Assembly: GCA_964016885.1 (NCBI GenBank)
Contig: OZ024752.1
Span: forward strand, 18,352,001 to 18,416,000
Origin: Eledone cirrhosa
Taxonomy: Eukaryota
Length of the DNA stretch: 64,000 bases
Direction of reading: 5' to 3'
In this document: positions 57,001-64,000 of the stretch, in pieces
How the letters are laid out: the number at the start of each line of letters is the position of its first letter
Position numbering within the stretch: the first letter of the stretch is position 1
Notes under the pieces: model-generated
Told to the model about the DNA's origin: nothing
The model's input: the letters and a program-made list of their open reading frames with translations, nothing else
The model's database searches: none
Program-made: the position numbers and the translations under genes

Positions 57001-58667
57001 CTGTATCACAACATATAGCAAAGATAGCTGTGGTTAGCTGTGTCACAACATATAGCAAAGATAGCCATAGTTAGCTGTATCACAACATATAACAAAGATA
57101 ACCATAGTTAGCTGTATCACAACATATAACAAAGATAGCCATAGTTAACTGTATCACAACATATAACAAAGATAACCATAGTTAGCTGTATCACAACATA
57201 TAACAAAGATTGTTGTGGTTAGCTGTATCACAACCTTTAACAAAGATAGCCATAGTTAGTTGTATCACAACATATAACAAAGATAGCTGTGGTTAGCTGT
57301 ATCACAACATATAACAAAGATAGCCATAGTTAGCTGTATCACAACATATAACAAAGATAGCTGTGGTTAGCTGTATCACAACATATAACAAAGATAGCTG
57401 TGGTTAGCTGTATCATAACATATAACAAAGGTAGCTGCGGTTAGCTGTATCACAACATATAACAAAGATAGCCATTGTTAGCTGTATCACAACATATAAC
57501 AAAGATAGCTGTGGTTAGCTGTATCACAACATATAACAAAGATAGCCACAGTTAGCTGTATCACAACCTTTAACAAAGATAGCTGTGGTTAGCTGTATCA
57601 CAACACATAACAAAGATAGCTGTGGTTAGCTGTATCACAACATATAGCAAAGATAGCCATAGTTAGCTGTATCACAACATATAACAAAGATAGCCATTGT
57701 TAGCTGTATCACAACCTTTAACAAAGATAGCCATAGTTAGCTGTATCACAACATATAACAAAGATAGCTGTGGTTAGCTGTATCACAACATATAACAAAG
57801 ATAGCCATAGTTAGCTGTATCACAACCTTTAACAAAGATAGCTGTGGTTAGCTGTATCACAACATATAACAAAGATAGCTGTGGTTAGCTGTATCACAAC
57901 ATATAACAAAGATAGCCATTGTTAGCTGTATCACAACATATAACAAAGATAGCTGTGGTTAGCTGTATTACAACATATAAGAAAGATAGCTGTGGTTAGC
58001 TGTATCACAACATATAACAAAGGTAGCTGTGGTTAGCTGCATCACAACATATAACAAAGATAGCCATAGTTAGCTGTATCACAACATATAGCAAAGATAG
58101 CCATAGTTAGCTGTATCACAACATATAACAAAGATAGCCATTGTTAGCTTTATCACAACATATAACAAAGATAGCTGTGGTTAGCTGTATCACAACATAT
58201 AACAACGATATTTGTGGTTTGCTGTATCACAACATATAGCAAAGATAGCTGTGGCTAGCTGTATCACAACATATAACAAAGATAGCTGTGATTTGCTGTA
58301 TCACAACATATAACAAAGATAGCCACAGTTAGCTGTATCACAACATATAGCAAAGATAGCTGTGGTTAGCTGTATCACAACATATAGCAAAGATAGCTGT
58401 GGTTAGCTGTATCACAACATATAGCAAAGATAGCTGTGGTTAGCTCTATCACAACATATAGCAAAGATAGCTGTGGCTAGCTGTATCACAACATATAAAA
58501 AAGATAGCTGTGATTTGCTGTATCACAACATACAACAAAGATAGCCATAGTTAGCTGTATCACAACATATAGCAAAGATAGCTGTGGTTAGCTGTATCAC
58601 AACATATAGCAAAGATAGCTGTGGTTAGCTGTATCACAACATATAGCAAAGATAGCTGTGGTTAGCT
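1..58667. repeat. 37-bp tandem satellite array, about 1,586 monomers, truncated by the left window edge
   Basis: Monomer TCACAACATATA(A/G)CAAAGATAGC(CATA/TGTG)GTTAGCTGTA repeats head-to-tail in one orientation. First TCACAAC is at 1 and last at 58634; 58633 bp + 12 (net visible indels) = 1585 x 37. Ends at ...GTGGTTAGCT 58667. No ORFs: the unit has stops on both strands and its length is not a multiple of 3. Confidence 0.99.
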
Positions 58668-58895
58668 TTGTAATTGATAGATCCAGTACTCCTGCTAGCT
58701 TAGATATCTCTGTGGTGTAAGATTGGTTCGGAATTCATAATTTTATGGTCATCCAATCTTTATTGTTGGTGTTGGTCTTAAAAACACATGTGGTTCTTGT
58801 TGAAACAGGTTAAGCAAATACATAAAATCCTCCATACTGGCTTGAATATTTGAAGTTAAACTTAGAATGAATTCATCAGAAGACCAAACTGAAAC

Positions 58896-59265
58896 AGGTA
58901 CATATAGTAAGCAGAGTTTCTCAGAACATATGTTGAAGGTACATATAGTAAGCAGAGTTTCTCAGAACATAAGCTGAAGGAACATATACTAAGCAGAGTT
59001 TCTCAGAACATAAGTTGAAGGTACATATAGTAAACAGAGTTTCTCAGAACATAAGCTGAAGGTACATATAGTAAGCAGAGTTTCTCAGAACATAAGCTGA
59101 AGGTACATATAGTAAGCAGAGTTTCTCAGAACATAAGTTGAAGGTACATATAGTAAGCAGAGTTTCTCAGAACATAAGTTGAAGGTACATATAGTAAGCA
59201 GAGTTTCTCAGAACATAAGTTGAAGGAACATATAGTAAGCAGAGTTTCTCAGAACGTGAGCTGAA
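58896..59265. repeat. 41-bp minisatellite, 9 copies
   Basis: Unit GG(T/A)ACATATAGTAAGCAGAGTTTCTCAGAACATAAG(T/C)TGAA starts at 58897, 58938, 58979 ... 59225 (exact 41-bp spacing). Copies differ by a few substitutions at most. Confidence 0.97.
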
Positions 59266-59363
59266 AGCTTCAAGAAAAGACATTTTTCATGATGCATACA
59301 TGCTTTTTAGGGGATATCTGTCTGGTTGGCATCGTTATAGAAATGTAGATATTATTATTATCA

Positions 59364-59589
59364 GGGTAGTGGATTGGCAGTATCGGTAGAGCGTTGGGTA
59401 ACATGCTTTGCAGCATATAGCTACGGTTCTTTATGTTCCGAGTTCAAATTCTGTTGAGGTTAGCTTTGCTTTCATCCTTACGGGCTCAATAAAATAAAGC
59501 ACCAGTAATGTACTGGGGTTGATTTAATCGACTTTCCCCTTCCCCAAAATTGCTGGCCTTGTGCCTATACTAGAAATCAGTATTATTAT
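59364..59589 (+). mobile_element. tRNA-derived SINE, near full-length diverged copy
   Basis: A-box-like TGGCAGTATCGGT (59375) and B-box-like GTTCAAATTC (59442); central GCTTTCATCCTTACGGGCTCAATAAAATAAAGCACCAG; (TAT)n tail. Homologous over about 145 bp to the copy at 62187. From recall only, it resembles abundant octopus SINEs; not searched. Confidence 0.85.
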
Positions 59590-59760
59590 GGATTTGATTT
59601 GTAAAGAAATGGAAGCTGTTGGCATTTAAAATTCATATTCAACTATGGAACTGATATATTCTTGCCAGATGAAATCTCTTGACTTTGCTCCAAAAGATTT
59701 TAAATGAAAAACTAAATCTACTTAATGTCTTAAATCAAAGTATATTTTTATATAATTCAT

Positions 59761-59780
59761 TATATATATATATATATATA
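59761..59780. repeat. (TA)10 microsatellite
   Basis: Perfect TA dinucleotide run. Confidence 0.95.
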
Positions 59781-60003
59781 CAAATAGAAGTTCAGTATAA
59801 TCGAAGCTCTGGATGCAGCCAAGCTAACAAATGCAATTGGAATGTGCAGCTAAGCACTCAAGAAGGTATTTTACTTTAGAGTAATAACATTACGTTTAGA
59901 CAGCTTGACAAATTGAAGATTGCGACCGGTGAGCCAGCCGCAAGGACCAAAGCAACGAGAAAACCAACTCAGGATAATTTGACAAACCTGGACCATATAT
60001 ATA

Positions 60004-60307
60004 CAGTTGCCCTTGTTATTCGCAGGGGTTACGTTCCGAGAGCATCTGTGAAGAGTGAAAATCCACGAATATTGGACGTGGTCCATAAAAATGCCTATAA
60101 ACGTCAAAATATAACGTGAAATATAATTTAAAAAAAAGTGGGAGTGTCTTATGCGAAGGGACGTCCAATAGGCCGGCAAATACAGTATATTGTTATTGAT
60201 GAAATTGCAGAAGATATTTACAATTCCGTGAATATGTGGTGGTTTCTATGAACAATTATTTGTTAGGTTCTAAGGAAAATTCCGCGAATAACCGGGGGTA
60301 CACCATG
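60004..60307. mobile_element. Non-autonomous Tc1/mariner-superfamily (Tigger/pogo-like) DNA transposon / MITE, about 304 bp
   Basis: Left end TA|CAGTTGCCCTTGTTATTCGCAG; reverse complement of right end TA|CATGGTGTACCCCCGGTTATTCGCGG. These form imperfect TIRs sharing CCC..GTTATTCGC, each flanked by TA inside a TA-rich tract. Subterminal GGGGTTACGTTCC is typical of Tigger-like ends (recall). No transposase. Confidence 0.7.
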
Positions 60308-60515
60308 TATGTATATATATATTGAGTTGGTCTTAAACCGCATACCTTAACTTTTTAAATGAAAAGGCTTAACTGGATTTCACTCTAAATATTCTGAAAA
60401 TTATAACTTTATTCTGTTTGTATTGGATTTATATAAGATAAAAACAGATTTTGATTATGAAATTTTTAAAATCTAATTTTGCGAAAAACAATTTTTAAAT
60501 GTATTCTGAACAAAT

Positions 60516-60638
60516 TATATATATGTATATCAGTGTAAGTATATATATATATATATATGTACATGTGCGTTTGAGTATGTATATTATGCATGTGTGCATA
60601 TATATATTGTGTAGTGTGTGTGTGTGTGTATATATATA
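60516..60638. repeat. Compound (TA)n/(TG)n microsatellite
   Basis: Alternating purine-pyrimidine tracts, (AT)n at about 60541-60558 and (TG)n at about 60615-60628, with degenerate linkers. Confidence 0.9.
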
Positions 60639-61259
60639 AGTTTTACAACATTGAAAAAGACAAGATACAAAAAAAAACAGCAACATGATTTAGATATGAC
60701 ATGTATCACCTCCAGTCTACCTTGCCATAAATAAGTGCCATGAGAAGGTGTAATTCAATTGTTTGAACTGTCAGTCTTTGTTTAGTTATGCTTTGTTAGT
60801 TTACCGTATTAATGCTAAGCTTTGATATTCTTCTGAACTGAATGTGGAGAAGTAAATGGAAAACTACTTGAGAAAGGTTATATAAACATAGAGAAAAAGC
60901 GAGCAGCATTGGAAAGGACTATAAATGTCATGAGAGGAAAAGGATGAGAAGAGCAAGGACTACTAGACAAAGGAAGAAAGGGGAGAGGGTGACAGACTTT
61001 GCACCTAAGTCAGAGCGGTGTTATGGCTATGCCCCACGGACAATATGGCAAAGGCATTTCCGCATACAATGGCCAGTGACACATGCTGCAACAGCCATCC
61101 CACCTTGGGCTCCTTCCTCAGACGGGCTGCTATTGATCTGATGGAGGAGATCAGCTGTTCGGTGTACAAGGACCTCCATTGAATGTTTCACATGAAGGAG
61201 TTGACTGTTTGTATTTCTTGGCTGTAAATTATTAACATAGGAGATAATATTATGTTACA

Positions 61260-61565
61260 TGGTCTTCTTCCTCCACTTATTCCTGAGAGGGTCGTCGGGG
61301 TCGAGAGAGTCTTCAAATATAATTTCCAGCGGGTCTGTAGAAGCAACTGTCTCCAACTTATCCGGCTGGATCCCCAAATGAGACCAGTCAAGCTGATGGA
61401 TGTTATCCAACCATCTTGCATGAGATTTACCTCTGGGTCTCCTGCTGGTTGGTTTTACCCATAAAATCTGTCCAACAATTCTTTCCTGAGACATTCTAAC
61501 CCATAATAAGGGAGCTGTGATCTCTCAATTCGGAGAAGTAGCAGCTCTACACCGAGTGACTCTCT
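61260..61565 (-). mobile_element. 5'-truncated RTE-clade LINE, 3' end (Expander/Rex3-like ORF C-terminus), frameshifted
   Basis: Minus-strand translation across two frameshifts: RESLGVELLLLRIERSQLPYYG / VRMSQERIVGQILWVKPTSRRPRGKSHARWLDNIHQLDWSHLGIQPDKLETV / RWKLYLKTL, then GGAATAAGTGGAGGAAGAAGA. Fits the RTE C-terminal pattern (L+W.GH..RM ... GRRPRGRPR.RW.D). Confidence 0.8.
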
Positions 61566-62120
61566 ACAATGTTACACAATCTACCAGCTAATTAATAAAA
61601 CAGAATAAAAGGGAAATGAAACTAAAAACAAACTGTTTAATTATCTATTTTATTTATTGTTTTTGTTTTTTCTTGTTGAATTCATTTTTAAACACTCTTT
61701 TTTTCTCTTCTTGTGGCTTAATTCAATCAACAGGCTATAAATAAATAGAAAAGATCCTAAAATTATGTTTGAATTTATTTTGTACATTTTTGTAGGAATA
61801 AAAATCTGAAATAATTTATGGCAGAAAAATAAAAAAAAACCTAACATTTAATTAATTGCCAACAGATAATATTAATTTTTTTATTTTTCAATTTTTCTGA
61901 TCACAGTCAGGAAAATATAAAAAATGTTATCAATTGCTTAATCTCAAGTGGAACTTATAAGAAGTTTCAAATATATTTATTTGTAGTACCAAACCTTTCC
62001 TATGCTTGAAATTCTTTGAAAAAATTTTTTTAAATATATATATTTGAATTTGCAAAATGATTTCATTTGATGACAAAAACAAAAAAAAAATGTTCTGTTA
62101 ACTGAATAATTTTATGAAAA

Positions 62121-62165
62121 TAAAATATATTTTGCTTAAATATATTTTGCTAAAATATATTTTGC
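62121..62165. repeat. 15-bp tandem repeat x3 with palindromic core
   Basis: TAAAATATATTTTGC / TTAAATATATTTTGC / TAAAATATATTTTGC; core AAAATATATTTT is self-complementary. Confidence 0.9.
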
Positions 62166-62186
62166 TATCTCTTTTGTATTGCAAAT

Positions 62187-62333
62187 GGGTGGTGGATTGG
62201 CAGTGTCGGTAGTGTCGGACACCCTGCTTTACAGCAGAGGGTTGCGACCCTTTATATTTTGAGTTCGAATCCCGCAGAGGTCAGCTTTGCCTTTCATTCT
62301 TACGGTGGTCAATAAAATAAAGTACCTGTAATG
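62187..62333 (+). mobile_element. tRNA-derived SINE, 3'-truncated copy of the same family as 59364
   Basis: GGGTGGTGGATTGGCAGTGTCGGTAG head, canonical B-box GTTCGAATCCC (62263), central GCCTTTCATTCTTACGGTGGTCAATAAAATAAAGTACCTGTAATG. Similarity to the first copy stops after GTAATG. Confidence 0.85.
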
Positions 62334-62929
62334 ACAATTACATTTTTAAAATTTTTTTTTATTGCTATTGTGTATATTCCTTATTGTCTTGTTTTAATTT
62401 GGTTATCAATATCACCCCACCATGAATATATATATAAATATCATCGTCATTATCATGATATATATATATGTAGATATTGTTATTATAGACTATTCTAGAA
62501 TCTAACTAACTTTTCTCTTTCAGAATTTTGTTTTGTCCATACTTTTTTGTTATTTATTATTTCTCTCACGTTTGAAAATATGCTCACACTCCTAAAGTTA
62601 CCCATTTCCTTCCAGCCCACCCCACTCACCACCGTAGTTATTTAGTCCAATCAAAACTCAGCGGTTTCTAACACAAATCTCTATCACAAAGCCACCGCTT
62701 TGGCTATTACTCCTTAAGTTTAGACCTGGTTGTTGTTTGATATGACAAATGGACTACAGAGATGGAGAGTCTGAGCAGTCACAATGACAAAGATAGATTC
62801 ACCTCCCATCTATGGACGATCATGCAAGCATTTTTATTTTAGACATAGAAGATGAGCATAATTCCGTCTCCTACACCCCTCGCTGTGCCCCCATCCCATC
62901 CCTTCCTCCCTCCCAGTGAAATCCAAAAC

Positions 62930-64000
62930 TTCAGAGTTGGTACCATGAACGTAGGCACATAGAAAGGTCACTTGAATGTATGGAAGTTGATGTTTGTTGT
63001 GTTCAAGAGACTAGGTGGAGGGGTGGGTCTGCTAGATTCATTGTGAGTAAAAAATGATGTTATAAACTTTTCTGGATGGGTAATGACAACGAGTTGGGTG
63101 GAGTAGGAATTATGTTAGCAGAAAAATGGGTAGATAAGGTAATTGCCGTAAATATAGTGAACGACAGAATAATTAAAATAAGACTAGTTCTAAAGAGAAC
63201 AACTGTGACAATAATATCCGCTTATGCACCTCAATCTGGCCTACTTGACGCTATGAAAGGCATGTTCTATGAGTCGCTAATGCTCACTACTTCCCAAATA
63301 ACTGATAGTGACTATATAATTATTGCTGGTGACCCTAATGAGCATGTTGGACAACATTGTGATGGCTATGACGGAATCCATGTAGGCTATGGGTTTGGTA
63401 CTAGAAATGAGGAAGACTTCAGGATCCTGGAATTCTGTGATGCCAATAACCCAACTATCTGTAACATGAACTTCAAAAAACAAGGAGACAATCACTTGAT
63501 CACCTATAGATCAGGGGAGCACACCAGCCAGATAGATTTTATCCTTACAAGAAGACGTGACTGTCTATTATAAATACTGTCCCTCCCCCATGAAGAATAC
63601 CCCTCCCAACATAGTCTAATAGTTAGTGATCTCATAGTCAGAACTAGATGACAGAGGACAACCTTGAGGAGAAGAATGTGGAAGGACCACACAGCTAGTA
63701 ACACATTTAAAGGTATATTACTTGATGCTTTTGACAGTAAGGAAGAGCAATTAGAGACATACAATATAGAGGAACTGGGAATTCCTGAAAGTTAACCTGC
63801 TGAAGGGGACAGATGAAATCTGTGGCAGGAGCAGACCTTTAGGCAGGGTGAGAGTAACTTGGTGGTGGAACAGTAAGGTGGAGGAGACAAGGCCAAAAAG
63901 CAGGCTTGGAAAGAATGGCGGGATGGGGGAAGTAGAGAACACTATTAGGTGGCTAGGAGAGAAGTTAGGCGACAAGTGTACTTTGCAAGAAGGGAAGCAG
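62930..64000 (+). mobile_element. Decayed RTE-clade LINE ORF: AP-endonuclease (EEP) domain plus linker, truncated by the right window edge
   Basis: Motifs in order: FRVGTMNVGT* (62930), VDVCCVQETRW (62986), GGVGI, IISAYAPQ, IAGDPNEHVG, YGFGTRNEE, ITYRSG..SQIDFIL, SQHSLIVSD, then NWEFLK..TDEICG..TWWWN..KQAWKEW. Several in-frame stops and at least 3 frameshifts; the 165-aa ORF 63076-63573 is the largest remnant. Confidence 0.93.

Noticed and set aside
1-58667. CRISPR array (37-bp period, G(C/T)TGTG...CACAAC dyad reminiscent of some bacterial repeats)
   Set aside because: No unique spacers; monomers abut directly and vary only by point alleles; no cas genes; flanks are eukaryotic SINE/LINE/MITE DNA.
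1-58667. Giant repetitive protein-coding exon
   Set aside because: 37 is not divisible by 3 and the unit has TAA/TAG on + and TAA/TGA on -, so every frame closes within a few monomers; the ORF track is empty here.
1-58667. Telomeric repeat (GTTAGC resembles TTAGGG/TTAGGC)
   Set aside because: The motif occurs once per 37 bp and never in tandem; there are no G-runs.
1-58667. A-to-I editing or retro-copy signature behind the A/G variants
   Set aside because: CATA to TGTG needs C/T and A/G changes together on one strand, which single-strand A-to-G editing does not give; CpG decay or ordinary transitions suffice.
58870-58885. Hammerhead ribozyme core CTGATGA on the minus strand
   Set aside because: No stem II or GAAA follows, and no stem III/NUH geometry is evident.
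58896-59265. Repeated splice donor/acceptor pairs in the 41-mer (AG|GTACAT ... TTTCTCAG)
   Set aside because: Implied 27-nt introns and 14-nt exons are implausibly short for an animal genome.
58867-59389. Plus-strand ORF MNSSEDQTETGTYSKQSFSE... that would read on if the 41-mer were single-copy
   Set aside because: With 9 copies it stops in the second unit; the hypothetical product has no recognisable motif and runs into a SINE.
59679-61847. Short ORFs 59679-59879, 59871-60179, 59913-60119, 60495-60686, 60944-61141, 61252-61464, 61650-61847
   Set aside because: They overlap microsatellites, the MITE, the antisense of the LINE or AT-rich low-complexity DNA, and show no recognisable domains.
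62187-62275. tRNA gene (A box plus GTTCGAATCCC)
   Set aside because: No convincing acceptor stem or cloverleaf, and it continues into a SINE core shared with 59364.
63076-63573. Host gene such as 'craniofacial development protein 2-like' or a cellular AP endonuclease
   Set aside because: It is a fragment of a LINE ORF bounded by in-frame stops and frameshifts, with an altered GDxN motif (GDPN); antisense ORFs 63277-63495, 63504-63764 and 63751-63975 are shadows of it.

Overview
Eukaryotic, non-genic, repeat-derived DNA; the SINE type and TA/TG microsatellites suggest an invertebrate, possibly a cephalopod (inference). Positions 1-58667 (92% of the window) are one uninterrupted head-to-tail 37-bp satellite of about 1,586 monomers that continues past the left edge (consensus TCACAACATATA[A/G]CAAAGATAGC[CATA/TGTG]GTTAGCTGTA). 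It has two biallelic sites per monomer, spatial variant domains, nested block duplications of 3 to 175 monomers, and near-perfect phase (eight visible indels). The array ends abruptly at 58667. The last 5.3 kb contain a 9-copy 41-bp minisatellite, two tRNA-derived SINE copies, a Tigger/pogo-like MITE, microsatellites, a minus-strand 3' fragment of an RTE-clade LINE, and a decayed plus-strand RTE-clade endonuclease/ORF2 region running off the right edge. I find no intact host gene, no CRISPR array and no demonstrable new molecular system. The most interesting signals are in the internal organisation of the satellite, notably that its two main alleles look like the two deamination products of one ancestral CpG. 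All counts and offsets were read by hand.
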